This document shows, piece after piece, positions 38,663 to 49,016 of a DNA stretch of 64,000 bases (the first letter of the stretch is position 1; every line of letters starts with the position of its first letter). The position numbers and the translations under genes are program-made. The stretch is from Myxococcota bacterium (GTDB lineage Bacteria; Myxococcota_A; UBA796; CAJQPC01): the NCBI GenBank assembly GCA_036012755.1, contig DASCPX010000043.1, positions 52,884 through 116,883 of the forward strand, written 5' to 3'. The notes below the pieces were generated by a model that had not been told where the DNA came from, made no database searches, and saw only the letters and a list, made by a program, of their open reading frames with translations.

Positions 38663-39393
38663 AGTCCCGCCTGGATGTCCTGCTCGTCGAGCGGGGAATC
38701 GCGCCCAGCCGGGAGAAGGCCCGGGCCTGGATCATGGCCGGGCTCGTGCTCGTGGACGAGGTCGAGGTCAGCAAGGCCGGCGCGAAGATCGACGGCGAGG
38801 CGAGCATCCGCCTGCGCGAAGGGGCCCTCCGCAAGTACGTCGGCCGCGGCGGGCTGAAGCTCGAAGGCGCCCTGGAAGACTTCGACGTCGAGGTCGAAGG
38901 ACGCATCTGCGCCGATCTCGGCGCGTCGACTGGAGGCTTCACCGACTGCCTGCTCCAGCGCGGGGCGGCGAGGGTCTACGCCGTCGACGTCGGCTACGGC
39001 CAGCTCGCCTGGAAGCTCCGCCAGGACGAGCGCGTAGTTGTCATGGAGAGGACGAACGCGCGCCACCTGGAGTCACTACCGGAGCCGATCGGCCTCGTCG
39101 TAGGAGATCTCTCCTTCATCTCGCTGACCAAGGTGCTCCCCGCCGTCCGGCGCATCGCCGCCCCGGGCGCCGACTGCGTTCTGCTCGTCAAGCCCCAGTT
39201 CGAGCTCGGGCCGAAGAACGTCGGAAGAGGCGGCCGCGTGAGCGATCCGGCGGCTCGGGCCCGCGCCGTACAGGCCGTCCTCGCCGACGCTGTTGCGCTC
39301 GACTTCGAGGCCCTCGGACACGCCGAGAGCAGGCTCCCGGGTGCCAAGGCAGGCAACATCGAGCACCTCGTATGGCTGAGAGCGAGCGAATGA
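38659..39393 (+). CDS. tlyA: TlyA family rRNA methyltransferase
   Basis: S4-like RLDVLL, DLGASTGGFTD, DLSFISL, VKPQFE and GNIE. Confidence 0.95.
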   Translation: MKSRLDVLLVERGIAPSREKARAWIMAGLVLVDEVEVSKAGAKIDGEASIRLREGALRKYVGRGGLKLEGALEDFDVEVEGRICADLGASTGGFTDCLLQRGAARVYAVDVGYGQLAWKLRQDERVVVMERTNARHLESLPEPIGLVVGDLSFISLTKVLPAVRRIAAPGADCVLLVKPQFELGPKNVGRGGRVSDPAARARAVQAVLADAVALDFEALGHAESRLPGAKAGNIEHLVWLRASE

Positions 39394-39419
39394 GACGATA
39401 CACTGGGCCTCTGGACTAG

Positions 39420-41357
39420 ATGGAGGCACCCGTGTTCCTGTTGACCCTGGCGTGCACGTGGGTCTCCCAAGAGTCCTACGACGACCGGCTGAAGCAGCTG
39501 GACGACGACGGCGACGGCTTCACCCTCGACGGGGGTGGCGATCCGGCGCTCGTCGACTGCAACGACGACGACGCGGCGATCAATCCGGGCGCCGAAGAGG
39601 TCTGGTACGACGGCGTCGACTCCGACTGCGCCGGTGACGACGACTACGACAAGGACCTCGACGGCTACCAGCACGAGAGCTCCCCGGACGCCACGGCGGT
39701 GGACTGCAACGACCAGGACCCGGAGATCTTCCCGGGGGCGGATGACTCCTGGTACGACAACATCGACAGCAACTGCGACGGCGCCGATGACTTCGACCAG
39801 GACGGCGACGGCGTCCAGGCGCGTCCTCCGGAGGGCCCCGGGAACGACTGCAACGACCTGGACCCCGACTTCCGCTACGACCCCAACGACCCACCCGTCG
39901 ACAGCTGGTACGACGGGATGGACCACGACTGCGAGGGGAACAACGACTTCGACCAGGACGGGGACGGCTACGTCGCCACCGAGTACCTGGATGTCGACAC
40001 GTACTGGGACGCGGACCTCACCATCGACTGCAGCGACTGCCTGACCGGACGCGACTTCGACTGTGACGACGAAGAGGCCACCACCTACCAGGGCGCGACG
40101 GACGCCTGGTACGACGGCGTGGACTCGGACTGCGCGGGGGACAACGACTACGACCAGGACCTCGACGGCTTCTCCGACCCCTCGGACCCCGACGCGACGA
40201 TCACCGACTGTGACGACGAGGACATCGAGGCGAGCCCTGATGGTCTGGAGGACGTCACGGACCCCCGCGACCTCGACTGCGACGGCAGCTACAACTCGGT
40301 GAAGGCCCCCGACCAGGGCCTGGTCTTCGTGAGCCCGCACGACCTCCGCGCGGGCGAAGACTCCAACCGGACCTACTTCTCGGTCGCCGGCAGGGAGATC
40401 ACCCTGGCTTCGTCCGGGACGACCTACTACGACACCGCCGTCGGCTTCTGGTACAGCTTCACCGACCCGACCGCCGGCATCCAGGGCGAGGACATCTGGC
40501 TCACCAAGCTCACGTCCAACCCCGCGGGGCTGGATCTGTCCAGCGGGCACGATGTCGTCATCGACGATGGCTACATCTACGGCGCCACGGGACTGCTGAC
40601 CTCATCTGGTCGCCGCGTCGACATCTCGCGCTACGACATCAGCGCGACAACGACGCAGCAGGCGGTCAAGCTCGAGAGCGGTCCGACCGTCGACTTCAAC
40701 GACATCGCGCTGGGCATCGAAGACGGCGTCTACCACGCCTTCGCCTGCGCCGACACGGACATCCAGTACGTCCAGGCCAACGACGCCACGATCCTCGCCG
40801 AGGCCATCGAGGGCAGCGCCTACTACACCGCGGGCGGCGCCACCTCTTGCAGCGTCCACTTCTTCGATGGCGCCGACCTGGGCATCCTCGGCGTCACGGA
40901 GACCTCCACCGGCGACTACGTCACCTACAGCTTCGACCCAGAGGAGTCCGCGCCCACCCTGACCGAAGAGACCAGGGGCAGCGACGTCTCCCCCGCGGAC
41001 CTCGACTATCCCTGGTTCACGAACCAGCTGACAGTGGTCCTCGTCGACGACGTCAACAGCCTCGTCATCGTGCGCCAGGGTGGCAGCGAGGCCCAGATCG
41101 TGACCCCCGGCCCCCCCTTGAACGCGGCGCTGGCCGTGCACCCGACCGACGGAACGCTCTACGTGGCCTGGGCCGACGTTGGCGGCACCGCCGGTTTCGC
41201 TTACGGCGACGTCACCTCTGGCTTCACGAAGGCTCGCATCACCACCAGCTTCGTGGCCTACGAGGCGGTGCCGTGGGTGACCGCGACGGGCAACCACCTG
41301 ATGCTCGGCGTGCTGGGTTCGAGCGAGGTCGGCGTGGCGGTGCTCTCCGCCCCCTGA
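39420..41357 (+). CDS. Lipoprotein with five putative metal-binding (DxDGDG..DCND..WYDG.D.DC) repeats
   Basis: LTLAC lipobox; five repeats, then a beta-rich C-terminal domain. Confidence 0.8.
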   Translation: MEAPVFLLTLACTWVSQESYDDRLKQLDDDGDGFTLDGGGDPALVDCNDDDAAINPGAEEVWYDGVDSDCAGDDDYDKDLDGYQHESSPDATAVDCNDQDPEIFPGADDSWYDNIDSNCDGADDFDQDGDGVQARPPEGPGNDCNDLDPDFRYDPNDPPVDSWYDGMDHDCEGNNDFDQDGDGYVATEYLDVDTYWDADLTIDCSDCLTGRDFDCDDEEATTYQGATDAWYDGVDSDCAGDNDYDQDLDGFSDPSDPDATITDCDDEDIEASPDGLEDVTDPRDLDCDGSYNSVKAPDQGLVFVSPHDLRAGEDSNRTYFSVAGREITLASSGTTYYDTAVGFWYSFTDPTAGIQGEDIWLTKLTSNPAGLDLSSGHDVVIDDGYIYGATGLLTSSGRRVDISRYDISATTTQQAVKLESGPTVDFNDIALGIEDGVYHAFACADTDIQYVQANDATILAEAIEGSAYYTAGGATSCSVHFFDGADLGILGVTETSTGDYVTYSFDPEESAPTLTEETRGSDVSPADLDYPWFTNQLTVVLVDDVNSLVIVRQGGSEAQIVTPGPPLNAALAVHPTDGTLYVAWADVGGTAGFAYGDVTSGFTKARITTSFVAYEAVPWVTATGNHLMLGVLGSSEVGVAVLSAP

Positions 41358-41435
41358 GGACCCGACAGGCGACCCTGCCGGACGAGTCGCGCACGGCATA
41401 TAGAACCGCGGCACCCGAGACGAGGTTCTCGCCCA

Positions 41436-41819
41436 ATGAGTGAAGAAGACAGCGATGGCGCAGTGGTCGTCTTCATGACCACCGGCCCAGAGACCCCCCA
41501 GCGCTGCGCCACCCCCATCTACATGGCCACGATGGCCGCGGTGATGGACTGCGAGGCCCAGGTGGTCTTCCAGATCGACGGCGTGCTGTTGATGAAGAAG
41601 GGCGTCGCCGCCGGGCTCATGGCCAAAGAAGGCGGCAAGCTCATCATCGACTTCATCAACGACGCCAAGGAGGCCGGGGTCGAGTTCTACGTCTGCTCGG
41701 CCGCGCTCCAGCTCCACGACATGACAGAGGACGATCTCATCGAACAGTGCGATGGGGTGGTCGGGGCGGCGTACATGGTCGAGGCTGGCCTCGAGAGCGA
41801 CCTCGTCCTTTCGTACTGA
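41436..41819 (+). CDS. DsrE-family sulfurtransferase
   Basis: PQRCATP, FQIDGV and GVEFYVC; first gene of the sHdr operon. Confidence 0.85.
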   Translation: MSEEDSDGAVVVFMTTGPETPQRCATPIYMATMAAVMDCEAQVVFQIDGVLLMKKGVAAGLMAKEGGKLIIDFINDAKEAGVEFYVCSAALQLHDMTEDDLIEQCDGVVGAAYMVEAGLESDLVLSY

Positions 41820-41839
41820 ACCCACACGGAGCCGTGAGA

Positions 41840-42298
41840 ATGTCCCTGGTCAACAACTGTGTCCTGCCAGACGATCTTCTGTATCACATCGACTACAACG
41901 TCTGGCTGCGTGACAACGGAGACGGAACCTACGTCATCGGCATGACCGACCTCGCCCAGGCCATGGCGGGCGCGGTGATCCACTGCCGCATCAAGAAGGT
42001 CGGCAAGAAGGTGAAGGCCGGCAAGAGCCTCGGCACCGTAGAGAGCGGGAAGTGGGTGGGGCCCGTCAAGGCACCCTTCGCCTGCTCTGTCATCGCCAAG
42101 AACGAGCAGGTGGAGAACAACGCCGCCCTCTTGAACACCAACCCCTACGGCGAGGGCTGGATGCTGCGCGTCCAGCCAGAGGATCCCGCGGCAGCCGCCG
42201 CCACGCTGACCAGCGGTGACGCAGTCCGCGCCGGCTTCGAGGCCTACATGGCCGAGCGCGACTTCGAGGGCTGCCCGCCGGCGGACGACGACTCGTGA
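41840..42298 (+). CDS. lbpA: Lipoate-binding protein LbpA (GcvH-like)
   Basis: IGMTD, VESGKW lipoyl lysine and NPYGEGW; N-terminal and C-terminal cysteines; sHdr context. Confidence 0.85.
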   Translation: MSLVNNCVLPDDLLYHIDYNVWLRDNGDGTYVIGMTDLAQAMAGAVIHCRIKKVGKKVKAGKSLGTVESGKWVGPVKAPFACSVIAKNEQVENNAALLNTNPYGEGWMLRVQPEDPAAAAATLTSGDAVRAGFEAYMAERDFEGCPPADDDS

Positions 42299-43017
42299 TC
42301 CGAGACGCGCTCTACGCCGACGCCGCCTACGGCGAGGTCCCCGTCGAGGACAAGGAGCGCCTCCTGGCAGAGGTCAAGGGGGACGTGCGCTACCACGAAG
42401 CCCTCTACGGCTGCTACGAGTGCGGGATCTGCGTCGCCGCCTGCCCCTCTGCCCGTTTCTACGACTTCAGCCCCCGCACCTTCGCCCAGGTCCTGGCCCG
42501 CGAGGACGTCCACACCTTCTACGAGCTGCTCAACGACTCCGTCTGGGACTGCTCCCAGTGCTACTCGTGCACGCGCTGCCCTCGCAACAACAGCCCCGCG
42601 GGGCTGATCCTGATGATGCGCGAGGTGGCCGTGAACAACGGACTGCAGAGCGCAAAGGACGCCCTCCGCGCCTACAGCCGGGTGATCTACAAGGTGATGT
42701 CCACGGGCACGCAGGTGGCCCCCGACATGCTCCAGCCGGACTTCTTCCCGGACTGGGGACCTGACGTCACGGCGGTCTCGGAGAACCTGGAGGTGTGGCG
42801 ACGCGCCATCCCGACGGAGACCCTCCACACCCTGGAGCTGGCCTGGGACATCAGCGAAGAGACCCGGGTCGAGCTCTACCTGATCTGGAAGCTCACGGGG
42901 AACCTGGACATCATCGAGAACATCGACGAAAACAGCTTCCTCATCCTGGAAGAGGTGATGGAGGAGCTGCTCGACGAGCACGGCTACGACATCGACGACA
43001 TCGACTGCGTGATCTGA
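42295..43017 (+). CDS. shdrC1: sHdrC1, 2x[4Fe-4S] subunit
   Basis: CYECGICVAACP, CSQCYSCTRCPR and FPDWGP. Confidence 0.85.
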   Translation: MIRDALYADAAYGEVPVEDKERLLAEVKGDVRYHEALYGCYECGICVAACPSARFYDFSPRTFAQVLAREDVHTFYELLNDSVWDCSQCYSCTRCPRNNSPAGLILMMREVAVNNGLQSAKDALRAYSRVIYKVMSTGTQVAPDMLQPDFFPDWGPDVTAVSENLEVWRRAIPTETLHTLELAWDISEETRVELYLIWKLTGNLDIIENIDENSFLILEEVMEELLDEHGYDIDDIDCVI

Positions 43018-43027
43018 GGGGCCGACG

Positions 43028-44221
43028 GTGATTGACGACAACAACAGCGGCAGACCACCCGCCGCCCGGGACCGCATCTTCGATCGCAAGGGGATGATCC
43101 CGGAGAGACACCACACCGACGCGCTCAACGAGCTGGAGGCCCGGGGTCTGATCGAGATCATCCGTGTGCCGGAGCCCTACGTCGAGGTGGAGACCAAGTA
43201 CGGGCGCACCAAGAAGATCCCGCTGGACCATCTCTGGCACCACAAGTCATGCGGCCAGTGCGGCCACATCCCGGGCTACCCCACCAGCATCATCTGGCTG
43301 ATGCGCCAGTTCGGCCTGGACCACTTCGATCCCCGCAACCAGAGCTCCTGCACGGGCTGGAACTACTACGCCTCGGCTACCTCGAACCCAGTGGCCCAGG
43401 CCGCCGTGGCGGTGCGCAACTTCGCCCAGGCCAAGGTCGACGGCTACTTCCCGCTGATCCACTGCGGCACCACCTTCGGCCACTACAAGGAGGTCCGCGA
43501 GCAGCTCATCCACCACCCGGAGACCCTCGAGAAGCTCAGGCGGGTGATGGACAAGCTCGGTCGGCCCGTCGTCTTCCCCGAAGAAGTGGTGCACTACTCC
43601 GAGTGGCTCTACGTCATGCGAGACGAGATCCGAAAGCGCACAGTCCACGACCTCACTGATGTCACCGTGACCGTGCACCCCGCCTGTCACTACCACAAAC
43701 TCATCCCAGAAGACGCCCTCTACAACGCAGAGATCTTCGGGGGCCAGCGCACGGCAGTGGTGACCGGCGTGGCCGAAGCGGTCGGCGCCCGGGTGGGCGA
43801 CTACTCGACCTGGCACGACTGCTGCGGCTTCGGCTTCCGCCACATCCTCGTGTCCCGCGACTTCACCCGCTCCTTCGCGACCCTGCGCAAGGTCGAGCGG
43901 ATGGTCGAAGAGGTCGATCCGGACATCATCCTCGCCCACGACACCGGCTGCGTGACGACGCTGGACAAGAGCCAGTTCGCCGCCGGGGCCCACGGCTGCA
44001 AGGTCGGCGTCGCGGTGATGGCCGACTGCCAGTTCGCTGCGCTCGCCATGGGCGCTCATCCCTACAAGGTCTGTCAGCTCCACTGGCACGGCGTCGATCC
44101 TCGGCACGCGCTGGAGAAGATGGGCATCGACCACGAGACCGCCTGGGCCGAGTTCCAGGAAGAGACCGCACGAATCAAGGCAGGAGAGAAGGACTTTCTC
44201 ACCTGGGAGGACTGCTCATGA
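43028..44221 (+). CDS. shdrB1: sHdrB1, CCG-domain subunit
   Basis: HKSCGQCGHIPGY, SCTGWNY, HPACH, DCCGFGFRH and DTGC. Confidence 0.9.
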   Translation: MIDDNNSGRPPAARDRIFDRKGMIPERHHTDALNELEARGLIEIIRVPEPYVEVETKYGRTKKIPLDHLWHHKSCGQCGHIPGYPTSIIWLMRQFGLDHFDPRNQSSCTGWNYYASATSNPVAQAAVAVRNFAQAKVDGYFPLIHCGTTFGHYKEVREQLIHHPETLEKLRRVMDKLGRPVVFPEEVVHYSEWLYVMRDEIRKRTVHDLTDVTVTVHPACHYHKLIPEDALYNAEIFGGQRTAVVTGVAEAVGARVGDYSTWHDCCGFGFRHILVSRDFTRSFATLRKVERMVEEVDPDIILAHDTGCVTTLDKSQFAAGAHGCKVGVAVMADCQFAALAMGAHPYKVCQLHWHGVDPRHALEKMGIDHETAWAEFQEETARIKAGEKDFLTWEDCS

Positions 44222-45288
44222 GTTCCCACCCCATCCTCGTGATCGGCGCCGGGCCCGCCGGACTCGAGGCCGCCCGAGGCCTGGCGGATCTGGGCTTCCG
44301 CAGCGTGCTGGTGGAGAAGACCAGCGTCCTCGGGGGCAACCCCATCCAGGCGAGCTACGCGGCGCTCACCCCCGACATGCGCCCAGCCGCAGAGGCCATG
44401 CAGGAGCTGATCGACCCGGTCGTCGCCAGCGAGCTCGTCGAGGTGCGGACGGAGACCACGGTCGTCGCGACCGAGGGAGGCGCGCCCGCGCTCCAGGCCA
44501 CACTGGAAGGCCCCAGCGGCACAGAGATCATCACGGTCGGCGCCGTGATCGTCTGTACTGGATTCTCGCACTTCGACCCGGGCCGCGAGACCCAGATGTA
44601 CGGCTACTACGAGTTCGACGACGTGATCACGCTCGTGGACGTCGAGCGCATGCTCGAGGCGGGGGAGTTCGTGCGTCCCTCCACTGGAGTCCCCCCCCAG
44701 CGGATCTGCTTCATCCAGTGTGTGGGGAGCCGCGATCGCCAGATCGGGAACCAGTGGTGTTCGAAGGTCTGTTGCGGGATCGCCTGCAAGCAGTCCATCG
44801 AGGTCCGGGAGATGCTCCCCGGCTGCGACGTCTTCATCTTCTACATCGACCTGCGAGCCTATGGCTTCTGGGAGGACGAGCTCTACTGGCGAGCCCAGGA
44901 GAAGCACAAGGTCAGCTTCATCCGCGGCATCGTCACAGAGGTCACCAGGCGTGGCGACACCGTCGTGGTCAAGGGCGAGGACACGACCATGCGCCGCCCG
45001 GTCGAGGTCCCGATGGACGTGGTCGTGCTCTCTGTCGGCATGGAGCCGAGCGAAGGCACTCGCCACATGGCGGCCCTGTTCGACCTCCCGGTGGAGTCCC
45101 ACGGCTTCATCGAGACAACCGGGGGCGCCCTGAGCGCCGCGGCCACCTCGCGCCCCGGGATCTTCGTGGCCGGCGCCGCCACCGGTCCCGCCGACCTGGA
45201 GGACAGCGTCTCTTCGGCCGGAGCCGCGGTGATGAAGGCCCTCGCCTTCCTCAGGCGCAGCGCAGCACGGGAAGCCAGTGCGAGCTAG
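44218..45288 (+). CDS. shdrA: sHdrA, FAD/[4Fe-4S] subunit
   Basis: IGAGPAG, CVGSRD..WCSKVCC, FYIDLR and VVLSVGM; short HdrA form. Confidence 0.9.
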   Translation: MSSHPILVIGAGPAGLEAARGLADLGFRSVLVEKTSVLGGNPIQASYAALTPDMRPAAEAMQELIDPVVASELVEVRTETTVVATEGGAPALQATLEGPSGTEIITVGAVIVCTGFSHFDPGRETQMYGYYEFDDVITLVDVERMLEAGEFVRPSTGVPPQRICFIQCVGSRDRQIGNQWCSKVCCGIACKQSIEVREMLPGCDVFIFYIDLRAYGFWEDELYWRAQEKHKVSFIRGIVTEVTRRGDTVVVKGEDTTMRRPVEVPMDVVVLSVGMEPSEGTRHMAALFDLPVESHGFIETTGGALSAAATSRPGIFVAGAATGPADLEDSVSSAGAAVMKALAFLRRSAAREASAS

Positions 45289-45295
45289 GGCCGCC

Positions 45296-46018
45296 ATGGA
45301 CGAGCCGATGGCCGTGGACATCGCGTCCGCACGGGAGTTCCTGAAGGAGGCCACCAGGAAGGCATCCCTGGCGGACCTGCAGGAGGCCGGACGGCGCCTG
45401 GAGCACAAGCACCGCCTCTTCCAGGAGCTCCTGGTGCCAGGGGCGAACGAGGCTGAGCTGCAGCGGGTCTTCGACTGCATGTTCACCCTCCGTCGCAAGG
45501 GTCGACGCCTCCTCGGGCAGGGCGACCTCGCGCAGGAGATCTCCCTGTTGCTCCACGGCGAGGCCCCCCTCGACGAGCGCTTCGATCGCTTCGTGGTGGC
45601 GGCTGAGCCGGTCGGTCCGTACCGGGCCATCGCGCTGGCCAGCGAGCTGCTCCACTTCCACCAGCCTCATCGCTACTGGCTCTGGACCCGGTGGATCTGG
45701 GACGCGGAGAAGGGAAAGGGCGCCCTGCCGCTGGTGACGGACAGAGCGCAGCTGACCGGCGACAGCCCTGGACAGACCTACCTGAAGGTGGGGCGGGCTA
45801 CCGGGATGGTGGCGGCGCAGGCCATCGCGATCGGCACGACCCAGCTGGGCCGGGGCCTGTTCGGAACTGACGTGCTGCTCGCCGCCGTCTACGCGGTCTA
45901 CATGCGCACCCTCTACAGACTTCAGATCTCTGAGGGCTTCGAGAAGTTCCTCCCACCACTGGACGAGCAGGTCCGACGCATGCTCGGCGTCCAGCGCTTG
46001 CAACCAGGGGACGCCTGA
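45296..46018 (+). CDS. shdrH: sHdrH (conserved hypothetical protein of shdr clusters)
   Basis: Position after shdrA; ELLHF..P..YWLWTRWIWD motif. Confidence 0.75.
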   Translation: MDEPMAVDIASAREFLKEATRKASLADLQEAGRRLEHKHRLFQELLVPGANEAELQRVFDCMFTLRRKGRRLLGQGDLAQEISLLLHGEAPLDERFDRFVVAAEPVGPYRAIALASELLHFHQPHRYWLWTRWIWDAEKGKGALPLVTDRAQLTGDSPGQTYLKVGRATGMVAAQAIAIGTTQLGRGLFGTDVLLAAVYAVYMRTLYRLQISEGFEKFLPPLDEQVRRMLGVQRLQPGDA

Positions 46019-47307
46019 TGCCCAAGCTCGAGAGACGGCCGAGGGACGAGTCCTTCGTCGAGAAGGAGCACGCCGTCATCGACGGCATCGACATCTCCGG
46101 GATCTGGAACAGGATGTACGAGCCCAGGGAGATCACGGACTACGACACCGTGCACCTGAACCGCCTCACGGACCTCGACGGCGGCGAGTCCATGGGCTGG
46201 TGCTACCAGTGCGCCAAGTGTGTCGGGGTCTGCCCCGTCGACGCGGTCGGGGGCGACTACGGGCCCCGCAAGCTCTTCAGGCGCCTGCAGGTCGGCTACG
46301 ACATCTTCGCCCACGACGACCTCTGGCTGTGCACGACCTGCAAGAACTGCCTCCGAGTCTGTCCGAAGATGGTCGACATGATACAGATCATGCCCGCAGC
46401 CCGAGCGCAGGCTGTGCTCGACGGCGACATCCCGGACGAGTTGTCAGAGATGTTCCGCAGTGTCGCCGACTACGGCAACCCCATGGGCGAGTCCGCCAGG
46501 AAGCGCGCGCGCTGGACAAAGGGTCTCGACCCCCAGATCCGGGTGCTCTCCAAGAAGGACCCCTCCCCGGTGGACGTCCTCTGGTTCGTCGGCGACTTCT
46601 ACGCCTACCACGGGCGCGGTCAGGACGCGGCCCGCGCGATGGCCCGGGTCTTCGAGGGGCTCGGCGTGGACTTCGGCACCCTGGGCAAAGAGGAGCGCAC
46701 CGACGGTGACTCCCAGCGCCTCGCCGGAGAGCCCGGACTGTTCGAGATGATGGCGGAGCACAACATCGAGCAGTTCGAGAAGTACGAATTCAACACGATC
46801 GTAGCCAGCGGTCCCCACGCCTACAACGCGATCAAGAACGAGTACCCGAAGCTGGGCGGGGAGTTCCCGGTCGAGCACTACACACAGTATCTCTCGGCGA
46901 GGCTCGAGGAGCTCGCGCCGCTGTTGACCGGGCGCTTCGAGAGGCGCGTCACCTTCCATGATCCCTGCTACCTCGGCCGCCACAACGGCGAATACGACGC
47001 ACCCCGCGCCCTGCTCCGGGCGGTCCCCGGGCTCGAGCTCGTGGAGATGTACCGGTGCAAACAGCAAGGCTACTGCTGCGGCGGCGGCGGCGGTGGGATG
47101 TGGCTGGACGGCCTGGTCGCGGACCACACCGTGGAGCGCCTCTCGGAGAACCGGGTGCGCGAGGCGGTCGATGTTGGCGCTGAGGTGATGGCCGTGTGCT
47201 GCCCCTACGAGGTCTCGCGGTTCGAGGACGCGGTGAAGTCCACCGGAAACGAGGGCGACCTCGAGGTGCTGGACATCATCGAGATCCTCGACCGCTGCAT
47301 GGAGTGA
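46018..47307 (+). CDS. shdrB3: Fused HdrC-HdrB protein (sHdrB3, type II sHdr)
   Basis: IDGIDISG.WN N-terminus, CYQCAKCVGVCP, CTTCKNCLRVCP, HDPCYLGR and CCGGGGG. Confidence 0.8.
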   Translation: MPKLERRPRDESFVEKEHAVIDGIDISGIWNRMYEPREITDYDTVHLNRLTDLDGGESMGWCYQCAKCVGVCPVDAVGGDYGPRKLFRRLQVGYDIFAHDDLWLCTTCKNCLRVCPKMVDMIQIMPAARAQAVLDGDIPDELSEMFRSVADYGNPMGESARKRARWTKGLDPQIRVLSKKDPSPVDVLWFVGDFYAYHGRGQDAARAMARVFEGLGVDFGTLGKEERTDGDSQRLAGEPGLFEMMAEHNIEQFEKYEFNTIVASGPHAYNAIKNEYPKLGGEFPVEHYTQYLSARLEELAPLLTGRFERRVTFHDPCYLGRHNGEYDAPRALLRAVPGLELVEMYRCKQQGYCCGGGGGGMWLDGLVADHTVERLSENRVREAVDVGAEVMAVCCPYEVSRFEDAVKSTGNEGDLEVLDIIEILDRCME

Positions 47308-47310
47308 GCG

Positions 47311-48060
47311 ATGAACATAGTCGTGGCGATGAAACAGGTCCCGGACCTGGTCGAGGACCTGGTCGTCGACGAGAACGGGACGACGCTCGACCCTGACGAA
47401 GTCGAATACAGACTCAACGAGTTCGACGATCACGCCCTGGAGGAGGGGCTGCTCCTCAAGGAGCGGGTCGGCGGAGCCCTCACGGTGGTCGCGCTGGACG
47501 GTGACGGCGTCGACAAGGTGCTGTTCACGGCGCTGGCCAAGGGCGCCGATCGAGCCGTGAAGATCGAGGGCGACCCAGAGGAGATCGAGGGCAACTTCGC
47601 CCTGGCCGCTGTCTTTGCCCAGGTCGTCGCCGAGCTGCCCTGTGACCTGCTGCTCACCGGCGTGCAGGGCTGCGACGACCGCGACGGCCACCTCGGGCCG
47701 CTCCTGGCGGCGATGCTGAAGCTCCCCTGCGCCAGCGTGGTCACAGAGGTGGACGTCTCCGGAGGCGTAGTGCGCTTCCTCAAGGAGTACTCCGGGGGAG
47801 TCGTCGGCCGCTTCGAGGCGGATCTCCCGGCGGTCCTGGGGGTCCAGGCTGCTCGCCAGAGTCCCCGCTACGTGCCGGTGTCCAAGGTCCGCCAGGTCCA
47901 GAAGAGCGCGACCATCGAGACCACAGAGCCGGACGACGAGGCCACCGGGCTGTCCACTGTCACCTGGATGGCTCCCCCCGAGACCGGAGAGGGGGCCACC
48001 ATGCTCGACGGGGTCGAAGAGCTCATCGAGCTCCTCGAGTCCAAGGGGGTGTTGTCATGA
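47311..48060 (+). CDS. etfB: Electron transfer flavoprotein beta subunit
   Basis: MKQVPD, NEFDDHALEE, GADRA and PRY. Confidence 0.9.
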   Translation: MNIVVAMKQVPDLVEDLVVDENGTTLDPDEVEYRLNEFDDHALEEGLLLKERVGGALTVVALDGDGVDKVLFTALAKGADRAVKIEGDPEEIEGNFALAAVFAQVVAELPCDLLLTGVQGCDDRDGHLGPLLAAMLKLPCASVVTEVDVSGGVVRFLKEYSGGVVGRFEADLPAVLGVQAARQSPRYVPVSKVRQVQKSATIETTEPDDEATGLSTVTWMAPPETGEGATMLDGVEELIELLESKGVLS

Positions 48061-49016
48061 GTCAGGATGTCCTGGTCGTCGTCGAGCACCTCGATGGCGC
48101 TGTCTCCGAGATCACCTTCGAGATGCTCGGCGCCGGAACCGCCCTGGCGGCAGAGCTCGGCGGACGCTGCGTGGCGGCGCTCGTCGGCGGAACCGACGCC
48201 ATGCTCGAGACGCTCGGCGTCGCCGCTGCCGTCGCCCGTGTCGAGGGTGCGGGGCTCGCCGAGTTCAACCCGGAGAGCCACGCAGAGGCGCTCCAGGCCA
48301 TCGTGGCGGAGCTCGGCCCCCGGGTGCTGATGTTGGGCCACACGTCCATGGGCATGGACCTGGCCAGCACCCTGTCGGTGAACCTCTGCATGCCCCTGGC
48401 GACTGGCTGCTTGTCGGTGAGCGGGGGCGACTCCGTGAGCGCGGTGGCCCAGCTCTACGGCGGCAAGATGAACGTGACCATCGGGCTCGGCGCGGGGCCA
48501 TGCGCGGTCACGATGCTCTCCGGCGCGAGCCCCGCCGACACCGGTCGGGCAGCGGTCGCGCCCCCGGTGCAGACGGTGGCGGCCCCAGCCCCAGCCGGCA
48601 GGATCCGCTTCGTCGAGCTGGTCCGTCCAGGGGTCGCTGACGTGGACATCACCACCAAGGAGATCCTGGTGGCGGTGGGCCGCGGCATCGGCAACGAGGA
48701 CGGCATCGAGGTCGCCCAGGAGCTGGCAGAGCAGCTCGACGCTGCCGTCGCGGGCTCCCGGCCCATCATCGACTCCGGCTGGCTGCCCAAGAGCCGCCAG
48801 GTCGGCAAGTCGGGCCTGAAGGTCAAGCCCAAGCTCTACATCTCCCTTGGCATCTCCGGAGCACCGGAGCACCTGGAGGGCATGAAGGACTCCGCCACCA
48901 TCATCGCGGTCAACAGCGACGAGGGCGCGCCCATCTTCGGGGTCGCTCACTATGGCCTCGTGGCGGATCTCTACGACATCTGCGAAGAGCTGACAGAGGC
49001 CATCGAGGACCGCTGA
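48057..49016 (+). CDS. etfA: Electron transfer flavoprotein alpha subunit
   Basis: VAVGRGIG, RQVGKSG and GISGAPEHLEGM. Confidence 0.9.
   Translation: MSQDVLVVVEHLDGAVSEITFEMLGAGTALAAELGGRCVAALVGGTDAMLETLGVAAAVARVEGAGLAEFNPESHAEALQAIVAELGPRVLMLGHTSMGMDLASTLSVNLCMPLATGCLSVSGGDSVSAVAQLYGGKMNVTIGLGAGPCAVTMLSGASPADTGRAAVAPPVQTVAAPAPAGRIRFVELVRPGVADVDITTKEILVAVGRGIGNEDGIEVAQELAEQLDAAVAGSRPIIDSGWLPKSRQVGKSGLKVKPKLYISLGISGAPEHLEGMKDSATIIAVNSDEGAPIFGVAHYGLVADLYDICEELTEAIEDR

Noticed and set aside
39480..40290. Repeated DNA units as a possible CRISPR array
   Set aside because: They are degenerate in-frame protein repeats, with no identical repeat-spacer structure and no cas genes.
41840..42298. Glycine cleavage H protein of a gcv operon
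   Set aside because: There is no gcvT or gcvP. The ESGKW motif, terminal cysteines and shdr context indicate LbpA.
42295..47307. Methanogen-type HdrABC or Flx-Hdr
   Set aside because: HdrA is short and lacks ferredoxin inserts, no mvhD or flx genes are present, and shdrH, lbpA, tusA and dsrE are present.
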